64,000 nt of DNA from positions 78,120,001 to 78,184,000 of the forward strand of contig NC_043000.1 of assembly GCF_006345805.1 (NCBI RefSeq), written 5' to 3'. This DNA is from Octopus sinensis (taxonomy: Eukaryota). Below are positions 13,327-26,900 of the stretch, piece after piece; position 1 is the first letter of the stretch, and each line of letters opens with the position of its first letter. The notes below the pieces were generated by a model. The model did no database searches. It saw only the letters and a program-made list of their open reading frames with translations, and was not told the origin of the DNA. Both the position numbers and the translations under genes were made by a program.

Positions 13327-13358
<32 letters not shown>

Positions 13359-13377
13359 GTATTATATATATATGTCT

Positions 13378-13459
<82 letters not shown>

Positions 13460-13464
13460 TATAT

Positions 13465-13547
<83 letters not shown>

Positions 13548-14262
13548 TACTTATAAGAAAATTCTTTCAGTTTCCAGAGATGGCATACTTCAAAACAGTT
13601 TTCTTTCGTTGTTTTTGCGGATTCTTAATTCCTGCTTCGTGATGGTTTCAGATTTGATCTATCTTCCCGGCAACTCGCTGTCACACGTCCATGCTGTTTG
13701 CTATTCGCTGCAGTGTTCTTGTTTCTGTTTATTCCTATATGTTTTTGGATGAGTGTTACTTAGTAGTGAGTGTAAATCATAAATCAACTATTTCATAGTA
13801 GTCATGATTATCTGTCCATTGTTCTTTCTTTTTCTGGTTGATTTTGTTATGGGTCCGTCTTTACAGCGTTTGCTTTTTGACAGAACATGGCCCATGGACA
13901 TGTGTAGATTTTTTTTTTTCGTAGTTATAATTATTATGGATGTATAAGCAAGGGACCGAGAAGAAACAGCAATTTGCATACATAGAGAGGTATTGTATAA
14001 ATATGGACGTATATGTAATAAAAATTTTACTCATAGACTTGCCGTTTCGTATTGCAGTGCATGTGTCTACATTTTTACGCGCGTGTTGTTGTAGCGGCAC
14101 ATCTGAAGGAAACTATTTTTATATATACTCCATATAAGAAAACTCTTTCAGTTTCCTGAGATGGTTTACATTAAAACAGTTTTGTTTCATTGATTTTGCA
14201 GTTTCTTAATTCCTTCTTCGTGATGGTTTCAGATTTGATCTATCTTCCCGGCATGATGTTTG

Positions 14263-14412
14263 CTATTATTATTATTATTATTATTATTATTATCGTCGTC
14301 GTTGTCGTCGTCGTCGTCATCATCATTATTATTATTATTATTATTATTGTTGTTGTTATTGTTATTGTTATTGTTATTGTTGTTGTTATTGTTATTGCTG
14401 TTGTTGTTGTTG

Positions 14413-14460
<48 letters not shown>

Positions 14461-14485
14461 TATTATTATTATTATTATTAATATT
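14263..14485. repeat. (ATT)n/(GTT)n/(GTC)n microsatellite
   Basis: Directly visible. Confidence 0.95.
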
Positions 14486-14639
14486 TCTGTCTGCAGCAAG
14501 AAGATGCGCGTTCGTGGCTCGAAAGTTTTCCTGAAAATTCGTTGTTTTATTAGTTAGCATTCCAAAATTTGTCGAACTGTTAACTAAATAACCCAACTCA
14601 TTTCAAATGGGGTCAGCTGGTGTGGCTACACAGATAACA

Positions 14640-16415
14640 GGGGACGCTTTGACACAGCTGAGGTGAAGTTCTCAACTGAAAAGTTAGCCAAAAAAATGCC
14701 ACAACAACCCTCAAAAGTGAGGAATTATATCTAATTATGACATACTTCGGTCACAGGGTTATCAAAATAAAAGTAGTTAAGGTGCCACCAGAAGTGAATG
14801 TATTATACAGCATAGAGGACAAAATAAAAATTCTGCAAGTCTGGGACATTTCCTTGGGACCATGAATAAAGAAATGGTCGTAGAGACACCCACTGATAGC
14901 TAGGACAGAACATCTGTCTCTCCACAGAAATGGTGTAAGTGATTCTCTTCATGTTTCTATCTGACAGTTATGGCCTTGCTCAGAATAGACAGTATAAATG
15001 CATGTGGCCTGGGTTGCCTTGGAAACATGGCCATTGATTCAATAACCTCAGGTCACTAAGTTTAGATGTAGTGGCTATAAGTGAAACCCAGTTCTCCGAC
15101 CGATGAGCTTCCATGTCCATTTTCGGTGAGGAGGTGTGGAGGTGTGGAACTGCATTGTTATTCCGGAGAAGTCTGGATCTCAAGATAAGAACTCATCCTG
15201 GATTCAGAAAGTAGGTTGATGGTCCTGGATGTAACCAGTAGCGACGGGGGCGTCTTTAGACAAGTGTCCGTTTATGCTACCTCAGGGAGAGGACAACCAG
15301 ATTTCTTCGGATGTCTGGAGGTTTTCCTGGGAACGTCTTGAACATCAGTGCTAATGGGTGACTGGAACCCCACCTTGGACGCACGTTTGGATTTTGTGGG
15401 GCTAGCTATAAGAAGAGGCAGGTGAAAAAGCCTCTCAAACCTGCGCTGACATTTTCAACTGTCTGACAGATACTGACTAGATTTCTCGAATGTGCCAGTG
15501 TTGACATGAACAAACCATATTGGGTCACCTGGGTATTATCTAGATAGAGTATTCTGTAGGCCGGTAGATAATATAAGTATAAGTTGTCCAATTTTTTTAA
15601 ATAGTGGGCTACACAGATCACAGATTTGTGATCTACACTTCGCTATAGAAATCGTTAGCGAATTAGTTAAGTGGGCGTTGACGAGGTTATTTTAAAGACA
15701 ATTAAAGTAGAATCGATTAGGTTTAGTAAGGCATTAACAATAGAGAGGAATATAATAGAAGGAAACTTAGTAGGAAATTTAGAAGCCGCTGGTTGGGCCC
15801 GAGTGGCAAAGGTGCAACGTGGCAACAATCCACAATTCGGTTTTTCGTGGACCAAAATGGGCGCACGATACACGAACTCGAGCAGATGTGTGAAGCACTT
15901 CAGTAGTACTTCCCCGAACTCTTGAGGACAAATGACATCCGAAACGTAGGATGGACTTCAATGCCTACCTCGACGGCATGCCACGACTCTCGGAGTGGAG
16001 CGTTGCGAAATGCCGATAACAGCCGCGAAAATATAGGATGCGATGATGGGCGACACGGGGAGCAAATTACCTGATTCGGATGGTCTGCGCTATGAGCTTT
16101 ACCTTTATATGCCAGACCTTGATGGGCGGCCTCTTAGCAGATATCTACCGTAACTAGCATCGGAACAGGAAAATTCGTAGTTTTGAGAGTCGAGGAGCGT
16201 TGGCACTGCTGAGAAAGGATCGAAACAAGGGGGATCAAATAGAAAATTTTAGGCCCATAACGCTGCTGAGCGCAGGTTTCAAAATTTTGGTCAAGGTGTT
16301 AGCAAAGAGGTTGCCACTTCTCGTCAAGGAGCTGATTGGTGATGCGCAAACATGCGCCATTCCAAGCAGATCCATCCATGACAACCGCCACTTCGTGCGA
16401 TACATCATAGCCGGA
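14640..16415 (+). mobile_element. Highly decayed, internally deleted Tx1/L1-clade LINE
   Basis: ALLRKDRNKGDQIENFRPITLL..KILVKVLAKRL..AQTCAIPSRSIHDN and IKVESIRFSK match the element at 22.2-27.6 kb. Confidence 0.8.
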
Positions 16416-17208
16416 ATAAATACGACAAAGTATTGCATCTTCTTCGACAACGTTAACGAGTCCGCCAACGAATTTTCAGCTCTTTATAGTGATGTTCCTT
16501 TGTTACAGAAAAACAAAGACTAACTCTCTAAAGACCGGACTTTCATTAAGTCTTTACAAAAGAACAACAATTTTCACTTTGGCTGCTTTATGTTTCTTTC
16601 ATGTGCTACATTTTTATTCATTTCTGTAAAGCATTTTTATGTTTTTATATTTGATTCTCTTTTCCCGCATTGCTTTCTTTCAACTTTTGTTGTTGCTGCT
16701 GATGCTGATGCTGCTATAGCTGTTGCTATTGTCGTTATTATTTCTTTCTTATTGTTGCTTTTGCAGTTGATGCCGTTGTTGCTGCTGCTGCTGTTGTTGT
16801 TGATGTCGTTGTTGTTATTGTTATTGTTATTGTTGTTTGATTGTTTGTTTTATTGCTGTTGGTTTTACTGTTAATGTTGCTGCCATTGTTGTGCTGTCAT
16901 ATATTTTGTATCGTTTACTTAATTTCTAAGAAGATTGTGCTAGGAGTTTATTTTTAAGGAATTAACGAATCAAAAGGAAATTTATGATCCAAACACTCGA
17001 AGTATTTGAAGTTTTTATATTTTACTAAGCAACCATTTAACAGAACAAAACATACTAGAACAACTGCAGCATTAGACTGCATGATACAGTAACAATGATG
17101 AGAGTAACTACAACAGGAATAATGATGATGGTGATAGGTGAAGTGGTAATGGCGTTTGCGAAATGTATGTGTATATATATATATATACATAAATGTGTGT
17201 GTGTAATG

Positions 17209-17247
<39 letters not shown>

Positions 17248-17359
17248 CTTATATATATGTATCTATATATATGTGTGTATGTTTGTGCGTACATAAATAC
17301 ATTCATACATACATACATACATACATACATGCATACATACATGCATACATATGTATCTC

Positions 17360-17575
17360 CCTTACTCTTTACTCTTTTACTTGTTTCAGTCATTTGACTG
17401 TGTCCATGGTGGAGCACCGCCTTTAGTCGAGTAAATCAACCCTAGGGCTTATTCTTTGTAAGCCTAGTACTTATTCTATCGGTCCCTTTTGCCGAACCGC
17501 TAAGTTACGGAGATGTAAACACACCAGCATCGGTTGTCAAGCGATGTTGGGGGGATAAACACAGAGACAAACATA
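17360..17575 (-). mobile_element. 3' half of a SINE
   Basis: Reverse complement of ~27845-28060. Confidence 0.85.
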
Positions 17576-18084
17576 TAACTACAATGACTGCCCCTAATAA
17601 CTATATTAGGCCTTTTGCAATATATAGAAGTCTTGGTGGGAAAGCCCTACCAATATTGATATGAGTTGATTTGTATACATGTATATATTTTTGTATGTAT
17701 GAATGTCATTATTTAGTTTTATTTCAAGATTTCTTGCTAAAAGAGAAACAGCCAGTTTCTAACCTAGATCCAAGGTTCATTCATTGGAATTTAAACATCA
17801 ACAGGGTATTTTTGCATGTATGCGTGTGTGTATGTGCAGAATTTGGAGAGAGTGCATGTGCAGATTTGTATGTTTTCTTTTATGTATATATTTTCATGCA
17901 TATAATTGTTTTACAGAATTTTACAGTTCCGGTGATGGTTTGGATCTGCAGTCTTCGAAACAGCTTTCTCCTTTCTGCTTTATGTTGCTTTCGTGTGCTA
18001 CGTTTTTATTCATTTCTGTAAAGCAGAAATGTACTTCTGTAAATATTTGTTTCCGTTTTCCCATATTGCTTATTTCAACTTTTG

Positions 18085-18510
18085 TTGTTCCTAGATTGCA
18101 AACGCAAACCTTCCACAAACTTTCCAAAGTGGGAGTTAGTAATCCGGTTGTTGGTCCATGATAGTCTTCTTTGATTATCAATCTTACTGTCATCCCGTCG
18201 CTTTCTGCTAAAATATCCATGCATTGTCTTCTGCTGATATACGCTCATCCTTTCATTTGCAGTAGAGTTGCTTGACTTCTTTGGGCATGTATTCAAAGTT
18301 ATCACATAAGGAGTTATGCTCAAGGAGTTGCTTTCCAAATCTCATGCTGTTGTATCTCATGTATGCAAACTTGGTCAAGGAATGAAATTCGACACTTGGT
18401 GGTTAAAAAATGTTGCCGAAGGGGTATAATACGACACTCAAAGGCAGTCTGGATCGATTTTGAGCCTCTGCCCGCTTGCTTTCCTTTTAGGTAGAGGCAG
18501 TCTACCAACT
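18085..18510 (-). mobile_element. R4/Dong-type LINE fragment
   Basis: VDCLYLKGKQAGRG and YQQKTMHGYF..SWT motifs of the post-RT region. Confidence 0.65.
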
Positions 18511-19319
18511 ACCTACTTGGTAAAAAAGTTGTAAATCTCTTGTTTTGTTCATCATCTCTTAAATCTCAAGATTTGTATAGTCCCGAATGACTTTATATAA
18601 TGCTTTAGCGTTAACATCATGTCGCAGTAGGAGGCTGTATCTCAGTGACGCTTTTGGGCCGCTGCTGATTACATGATTTATGTCCTCCACAGATATAATC
18701 GACATATGCAGTTGCATCTTTGGAGTTAAAGGTTGTCGCTTTTCAGTTGAATGATGAAATTTCCGTAGCTATGAGCATTCTTGGGACGTAATGTTCCGAG
18801 TCCAAGAGAAGCTACCCTTGATGTTAATTATTATCATCATCATCATCATCATCAAGTTTCCAGAACACATGTCTATGCACAACCATTTTGCGATATGCTG
18901 AGTCTTTCTCTTCCAAGTCTTTGTAGAGGTATTGTGTTCCTGCAACTCTGGGTTCACATGGGAGATCATCAGAAAGTATTTGTTTCTTGAGATCACTACC
19001 AACCTGTAGGATTTTAGCTGGTTTACTTATTTTTGTTGCTTTTGTTTAGGAGATGTTACTTGAGTGATATCATAGGACATACAAAGGATATTTGCGCGGA
19101 TCCTGAACCCCTTCCGCCTTCTTTTCTTCTGAGATGGAGTCTATTAATATCACTGTTGATGACAGGATCGCGGATATTTACAGAGCTTAGAAAAACTGAA
19201 GGACCGCTGCAATAAGTGTATGAATCTGAGAGAATACGCTGAATAAAATCATAATTAACTGATCCTCGTATTTTCTTTTACTCAAAACCAGAAACTTTTC
19301 AGCACCTCCTCGTATATGT

Positions 19320-19362
<43 letters not shown>

Positions 19363-19372
19363 TATATATATA

Positions 19373-20040
19373 CTACCTGACGTACCCGGTAATTCCCGGG
19401 AAAGCGGGGTTTGTCCCTTGGTTCCGTTCTCTTCATTGTTTCGCTAACCTAATAACAACAATACAAAGTATGTAGCCCTTAAAACGGTTTTTGTGCCTTT
19501 ACAGAGAATACCAAACTGTCTTACACAGGATCTTGTTTTTAGGAATTCTCAATAAGTTATGAGATAATAACAATTCAAAGTAAATAACTCCGAAAAGGGT
19601 TTTTGTGCATTCCCAGAGAATACTACCCTCAGCGGAGCTAGTGTTGGTATATTCGTGAATATCTCACTAACCGAAATAAGCGGATCTATTGTTTAGGAAA
19701 ATAATTTTTATTTGTTTAAGGGTTGTACTGGATAAATTGCGAAAATAACTCTAACAGTTCAAATACTAAGAAATCAGCATACTGAATTTGATTTGTACCA
19801 AATGATTTAGGAAAATGAATGGGTTATTTACCTTGGATGGTAAAATGAAATATATAAGATATATATAATGATCCCTTCCAGGGGCCCTATTATCGAAGTT
19901 TTCAAAAATCTAAGTATGCCTTGAGGTTTTAAGGCATGAGTTCTACGCATCAAGTTTTATCAAAATCGATAAAACGATGTAAGAGGAGTTAGCTAACAAC
20001 TCCACAAACACACCCACAGACAGAATTTCCCACATATGTA

Positions 20041-20045
<5 letters not shown>
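19373..20045 (-). mobile_element. Probable non-autonomous Helitron (family B)
   Basis: Terminal hairpin cccgg-taattc-ccggg lies next to actac (a CTAG variant). The opposite end carries the caagttttatcaaaatcg...acagacaga motif and abuts (TA)n. Confidence 0.5.
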
Positions 20046-20102
<57 letters not shown>

Positions 20103-20369
20103 AACCGACAAGTGTGTATATATGTATATATATAATTTTGGGTGTTTTAAACGTCTATCTTTCGCCGAAATGTTCAAAAGAAACGAAAAAATTCACCAAC
20201 AACAACGACTGCAGCAGCACAAGCTACAGTAACAACAACATCCACAGTATCATCGACAGCAACAGTAGCAACAACAGTTTAAATAAATTATCTGTTTTCA
20301 TTTACCACTGTGCTTATTAAGTCGTAAGCAGTTCCACATGGCCACATCTAAAGCGACGGGGTTTTATAT

Positions 20370-20380
20370 TTATAGATAAC

Positions 20381-20447
<67 letters not shown>

Positions 20448-20574
20448 GCAGACAGACAGACAGACAGTCAGACACACAGACAGACAGACAGACACACAGA
20501 CACACAGATAGATAGATAGATAGATAGATGGATGGATGGATGGATGGATGGATGGGTGGATGGATGGATGGATG

Positions 20575-20630
<56 letters not shown>

Positions 20631-20665
20631 TATAGATAGATAGATATGTATGTATGTATGTATGT
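20370..20665. repeat. (GATA)n/(GACA)n/(GATG)n compound microsatellite
   Basis: Directly visible. Confidence 0.95.
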
Positions 20666-20794
20666 GTAGCTTCACATCTGATCAAGTGCACTTATTGACA
20701 AGAAATGAAAGCGTTGTTGTAGCTGCATTAGTAGTGGTGGTTATCTAGTTGGTAGTGCTGGCGATAGTTGCTAATTAGTGACAATAGCTATTAT

Positions 20795-21100
20795 CGGCCT
20801 GGCTCTCCGTCGGTTACGACGACGAGCGTTGCAGTTACTTCGGTCAACAGAACAGCCTGCTCATGAAATTAACATGCAAATGGCTGAGCCCTCAACACGC
20901 AGACGTACCCTTGATGTAGTTTTCAGGGAGATTTAGCATTGCACAAAATATGATAAAGTTGGCTCTTTGAATTACAGGTACAACTCATTTTTTCCAGCCG
21001 AGTGGATTGGAACGAAAAATAAAGTATTTTGCTCAAGCGTGCAAAATAAAGTATTTTGCACGCTGCCGGGAATCGAACTCACGACCCGATCGTATGCCGA
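20795..21100 (-). mobile_element. tRNA-derived SINE (third family)
   Basis: Minus-strand B box gagttcgattcccgg near 21065-21080, followed by cttgagcaa. Confidence 0.55.
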
Positions 21101-21184
21101 ATTAAGCTATATTTATAAATTATATTGCCCTTGTAGTGACTGTTTTTCTTTTCTTTTGTTTTTTGATGTTTTTTTCTGTGAAAG

Positions 21185-21232
21185 TTGGACTCAACAAGAA
21201 GATACAGAACGCAGCTCGAAACTTTCTCCTCG
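21185..21232 (+). other. Candidate 48-nt host micro-exon
   Basis: Long pyrimidine tract plus AAG acceptor, G|GTAAGA donor, length a multiple of 3, no stop in any frame, not recognisably repeat-derived. Confidence 0.3.
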
Positions 21233-21405
21233 GTAAGAGAGACTACGTCACATAATAGCAACAAGTGGCAGGACAGTGTTTATGATGTATGTACTTTTCA
21301 TTTTGCTGGAATCAGCCGACACCAAACTTGTTGAAGCTTATCACAGGGAGTGGGGTGTAAGAGAGTTTCTACATCTCTCTCTGTCACTCTGTCCCCCATC
21401 TCTCT

Positions 21406-21457
<52 letters not shown>

Positions 21458-22139
21458 CTGTAATGCCAGAGATATGGCATTTAATTCTTCGAGGATCCCT
21501 TTTTATAATATAGCCAACATCTTGATAACTAAACAGTCACTTAACTAGATATAATATAACCCCAATCAGGTAATTTGAACGCTCTTGCTTCAAGATAGTT
21601 GTATGGTGATTTATCTATTCGACCATTAACTCTCCATAAGAAACTAAAATTTATTGGGTACGGCTAGTCTAGTCATATTCTGTTCAAAGCAGCCATTTTG
21701 ATATTACAAATTTAAAACAAATTTTGATTACTAGTTGTTGCCAAATCTTAATTGGTTGTAGTCAAATCTCACTTATTAATCATTGATCTAATCGTTTCGT
21801 TTATTAACAGTATATTAACTAAAAACAATACGGTGAATGAAAATACGTCAGTGATTTATAGCATTATCTGTAACATTGTCATACTAGTTGAAGAATGTGT
21901 CTTCAGATTCCCTTTCGCCATATTTTTGGTAATAACAGCTATTAATTCTTCTTTTAAGGTTCTCAAGCTGAGGCAAATGAGGTGAAAGCAATTTCTTTTG
22001 TACAAAATGAGCAAGTGTGTGTATGTGTGTGCATGTCAGTGTGTGTGTGTGTGTGTGTGTGAAGACTTTTGACTGCCAGTTCTGATATGGCTAAGATTTC
22101 TATAAATTTTATAAATAAGGAGTGGCTGTGTGGTAAGTA

Positions 22140-22177
22140 GGCGCAGGAGTGGCTGTGTGGTAAGTAGCTTGCTAACC
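22140..22177 (+). mobile_element. 5' tRNA-like head of a SINE split by the Tx1 LINE
   Basis: ggcgcaggagtggctgtgtggtaag (A box). The SINE continues at 27630. The head is partly duplicated at 22118-22140. Confidence 0.85.
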
Positions 22178-22566
22178 TCACTGACTGAAGAGTGACTTTG
22201 CTTACCGTACTACGGTTTGGACGCGTTTTCTTCCCGGTAAGAATTTTGCTGTGTTGTTAATTGTTGAATTTCTACTACTGAAAATTTGTCTTTAAACGTT
22301 GCTGAACTGTCTTGTTCTCCGGTTTTACCGGGGAATAATTGGATAATTTCTTACCGTTGAACTGTTAGCCATTGTGGCTTTTTATTTACGTGACTATATA
22401 TAGTCCTGCCAGACTATTTTCGTGCCCCTCCCCCGAATGGGGGTGGGAATTGGAATTTTTGAACTGTTTTTTTTAACTACTTTGGAAGAAAAACTTTCTA
22501 TAGGTTTCCCAGTTTTGTGGGAAACCAATATTCGTAATTTTTGTGTTGTCTAATTTCAACAGAATA

Positions 22567-23712
22567 ATGTCTGTTGAAATTATTCACGAAAGTAGTGCTC
22601 TTGAGGAGAGCAATGTTAAAAAATTTTCTGCGGTAGCCGCAGTGGCTACCGAGAACATTGACATCAATGTCAATCAGCTCGTCGAGCTATTTAAAAGAAT
22701 GCAAGAGGAGGGTGGTGATGTTAAAATATCACCCTCCGCCAGTATCGTGGAGACCGAGAAGCGGACCGTAGTGTTTAAAACCTTCTGTCCACAAAGCAGA
22801 AGGTTCAAACACTTTGAAAAAAACACCATCGAGAAATGCCTGTCCCCGATTTGGAAGGACATCGTGTACGTCGCCAGGGGACGGGCATATGGCACTGTGG
22901 ATGTCCGCTTCTCGGGGGAAGAAGTGGCCCGCGGGCATTCTGTGAACCCCCTAAAAACCAAGGAGGTGGTACTTTTCCCAAGCTATAGGGGACGCAGGAC
23001 GTCCTGGGTCAGGATTGTAGAAGCCCCGCCGGAAGTAGATCCGGTAGAGGTAGTGGCCGCCCTGTTATATAAAAGGGCGGACAAAATTAAAATACTAGAA
23101 GTAACATGCTCTGCCCCTCTATTTTGGCTCGGGCGTAACATTAATATATTAATTCAAGGAACAGTGGAGGACCTGCAGCTCCTTCCTGAGAGGGTGCTCG
23201 TGGGCGAGAACGTAGCCCTCAGGGTACAGGTCGAAGGCCGAAAACCCACCTGTTACGCCTGCGGCAAAAAGGGCCACATTCGTGTAGACTGTCCAGACAA
23301 GCAAAAGAAACCGCAGACACCAGGCCCCTCAGATAATAAAAAAGTCCCTACCCTTGCAAACTCACCTACCCCTACAAAAACAAAAAATCCCACTCCTGCT
23401 GTTACGGTGCCAACCCCAAAACAGACTGAAGAAAAAACCCAGCCCTTGCACTCACAAACCCCTACATTATTAAAACCTCCCACCCCCCTAAAAACTGCGG
23501 CGCCTACCGAACAAACTATTGCTACCCCAGACGATACCATGGAGGTATCAGAGGGGGGATTTACACCAGTTCGTAAAAGAATTCGTGCATCATCCCCGTC
23601 CACATCCCCTACAAAAAATAATAAAAACAAAGACACACCACAGACACGGAAAAAAAATCCCGCTCAACTGGCCCAGAAAAAGAAGACAAAAAAGAAAATG
23701 AACTCATATTAA
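22567..23712 (+). CDS. Tx1 ORF1 (gag-like, CCHC zinc knuckle); probably continued by frameshift to 23969
   Basis: CYACGKKGHIRVDC knuckle followed by a Pro/Thr/Lys-rich tail. Confidence 0.85.
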   Translation: MSVEIIHESSALEESNVKKFSAVAAVATENIDINVNQLVELFKRMQEEGGDVKISPSASIVETEKRTVVFKTFCPQSRRFKHFEKNTIEKCLSPIWKDIVYVARGRAYGTVDVRFSGEEVARGHSVNPLKTKEVVLFPSYRGRRTSWVRIVEAPPEVDPVEVVAALLYKRADKIKILEVTCSAPLFWLGRNINILIQGTVEDLQLLPERVLVGENVALRVQVEGRKPTCYACGKKGHIRVDCPDKQKKPQTPGPSDNKKVPTLANSPTPTKTKNPTPAVTVPTPKQTEEKTQPLHSQTPTLLKPPTPLKTAAPTEQTIATPDDTMEVSEGGFTPVRKRIRASSPSTSPTKNNKNKDTPQTRKKNPAQLAQKKKTKKKMNSY

Positions 23713-23986
23713 TTGAATTCGACACACAAGACAAATACATAAACGATATTGTGGTTCAGCATCAGTCAGCAAGACTGTACAACAAATACAAAGATCGAAA
23801 TAGACACGCGTGGATTGCGGAAACAACGTTCAAACAATTAAAAGACAGACACCCAAACGCCATCCGGCATATCGCGAACTTGCCGGACTATCTGAAGAAA
23901 GAGGAGAAAGAAGGGGCCCACAAACGTGTGGTGAGGTCGGCCCCCACCTCTCCAACGAAATGTAAGTAGAACTTTTACTTTTTGTA

Positions 23987-26900
23987 ATGGCTTCGCTTAA
24001 CCTTGGTTGTTTAAATGTGCGTGGTCTGAGTTCGAAGTGGAAGCAGGCTTGTTTCCTCGACGACCTCAGATCACATGATATACATGTGATGGTTGCTACA
24101 GAGACCAAGCTGGACAGCCTACAAACCTTCTCGCCTCTCCTGAATGGCTACGAGAAAATCATGTCTCCTGGCCAGACCGGAGGGCGAGGGGGCGTAGTGG
24201 TACTGATCCGTAAAGACTTGGCTCTACAGACAAGTACAGTCTATGTAGACCCAGAAGGTGGGCTGGTCGTCCTTGATGTGACATACAGCAGTAAGGCCTT
24301 CAGGTTGATCGGACTCTATGCACCTTGTGCTAGAGGTTTCCAAACTGATTTTTATCGGCGCCTAGAGGGCTTTCTCGTGACGTCGAAGACTTTAGTGATA
24401 TTAGGGGACTTTAATGCTATCGTTGACGTACACATCGATAGCGTTGGCTCGATCTTAGGAAAGTGAACTCACGTCTCGTGGATCTGCTTAAGCGGTTGCA
24501 GCTGGCAGATCGTTACAGACTTGACCATCCGAACGTCCCAGAGTGGACCTGGATGAGTGGCGACGGAAGGTTCAAGTCTTATCTAGACAGGATAGTGATA
24601 AGAACTAGAGATAAGTCTAGTTTTAGTTGTCCACAGCTCGTCCAGGTGCCCTATACTGACCATAGAATGGTCACGTGTAGACTGGACATAGATAGCACAC
24701 TTAAGATAGGAACCGGCTACTGGAAGCTGAACAAGTCTATTTTGACACGCGAGGCATACCGTAGCCGGATTAAGGTGTTAGTGCAGAGGGCGTTAACCGG
24801 AGCCGTGGTTAATAACCGGTGGTGGTACGCCCTCAAAAGAGCCATTCGATTCGAGTCCATTAGATTTAGTAAACAACTAAGACTAGATAGGGCTAGAATA
24901 GAAGGGCAACTAGTTAAGAACTTAGAGGAGGCGTTGAGGTTGGGCTCTGCATCTCACATTTTAGCGGCGAGAACGGCATTAGACCGTCACCTCAAAACCA
25001 AACATGAGGGATGTAGAGTTCGGGCTAAAGTACGTGCATTGGGCCGTGAGGGAATTAATGTTGCCGGATGGGCCCGTACGATAGAAACACAGCGTGGAAA
25101 CGATGCCACAATTGGGTCTCTTGTTGATGAAAACGGATGCACGATCAAGAAGCGGGACGAGATGTGTGAGGCACTTCACAAGCACTTCGCCGAGTTGTTC
25201 GGGAGGTGCGGGACGCTGGATCATGGTGAGGCCCTTAGGGACTTCCTGTCTGGTGGCCCGCGCCTCTCGACACGAGAGGCTGAGTGCTGTGAAGGGCCAA
25301 TCACAGCCGAGGAAGTAATCGAGGTGTTGGGCAAGTGCCCCGGGGAGAAGTCGTCCGGTCTCGATGGTCTGCCCTATGAATTTTACAAAAGTATGCCAGA
25401 CTTGTTCGGGCACCTGCAGGCTAGCGTCTACGCCAACTGGCAGCAGAATGGGAGAATTCCCAAGTCTGCGAGCCGGGGGGCGGTGACGTTGATCAGGAAG
25501 GACCCGAACAAGGGGGACGAGATAGGGAACTTCAGGCCCATAACTCTGTTAAACACAGAGTTAAAGATTCTGGCCAAGGTGCTAGCAAAAAGGTTGGCGC
25601 GGGTCGTGGACAAACTTGTCGGGGAAGCGCAAACGTGCGCTATCCCCGGCAGAACGATCTACGACAATCTCCACCTTATACGCTATCCTTAGAGAGGGTG
25701 GGGAAGCTTTCTGGCGCAGGGGGAGCACTGGTACATTTAGACCAGTCCAAAGCATTTGATAGGGTCGACCATCGGTACTTGGCGACGGTCCTCGGAGAGG
25801 CTGGCCTAGGCCCGACCTTTCGAGGTTGGATCGCTGCTTTGTATAGCGACATCGAGTCTGTAGTCAAGGTGAACGGTTCCTTTTCGAAGCCGTTCAGGAT
25901 CGAGCGTTCAGTTCGTCAAGGGTGTCCCCTGTCCTCGCTCCTATACGTATTGGCTCTTGAGCCTTTGCTGCGGAAGTTGGAGGCACTAGGGGGTGCGCCG
26001 CATGATCTATGGTGTGGAAGAGGAGCTACGGCGTATGCGGATGACACCTCCATCATCGTGGCAGACGAAGGCCAGCTTCCAGTGGTGGAAGAGGCCATCA
26101 AAAGCTACGAGGCGGTGGCAGGAGCAAAAGTTAACAAGGACAAGTCGGTCGGTTTGCAACTCGGCACCTGGAGGGGCAAGCCGATGCCGTCCAATAACGT
26201 CGTAGGGCGTTGGACGGAAGGTCCTGTTAAGCTGCTCGGAGTCTGGTTCGGGCCAGACCTCCAGATTGAGAAAAATTGGAGTGAGGTGGCCAACAAGGTG
26301 ACCGCTCTAACCCAGACCTGGTCTGGGCGGGCGTTATCCCTGCTAGGGAAGGCGGAGGTGGTGCAGATGTTTATAGCATCAGTAATCACCTACCGTCTGA
26401 CCGTGGTGCCTTGCCCCGATTTGTGGCTGAACAAGTTGGAGAGAATCCTTTTCCGATTTTTGTGGAAAGGAGGAAAGCCACTTGTAAAGCGCTCTGTCTG
26501 CTGCCAGAAACCGCTAAAGGGTGGGCTAGGGATGCCTTGGCTGAGGATGCGAAAACTCGCGTTAAGGTTGAGGCACCTCTGGCTTTACCTGGATGGAGAG
26601 CAGGTGTGGTCACCGCACGTCCGGTTCTACCTTCCCCAGTTAATATCCCTAACGGACATCGGTGCATGGATCAAGCGGAGACCTAAACTGAGTGAATGGC
26701 ATTTGGAGTGCCGTCAGGCGTTCCAGCTACTATCTCGGGTGGGCAACGCCGGCAACAGGAGTTCCACCACGGATTTCTATAGCGGGTTAGTGAAGATTAA
26801 GTCCGAAGACGCCTTGGGGGAGACCCTGGGCTACGATGAAAATCAGTTGGTCAACCTGTTCCGGAGGACGTTCGGGCCGGGGTATCTGGATAATTACCAG

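Larger units (their letters stand above)
12872..13334. repeat. Near-perfect palindrome (~230-bp arms, 2-nt loop at 13102-13103)
   Basis: The arms are reverse complements with about four differences. Centre gtgttcga-cc-tcgaacac. Confidence 0.95.
11915..14252. repeat. Old tandem duplication whose first unit is interrupted by insertions
   Basis: 11915-12432 matches 13737-14125, and 13551-13672 matches 14133-14252. Confidence 0.75.
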
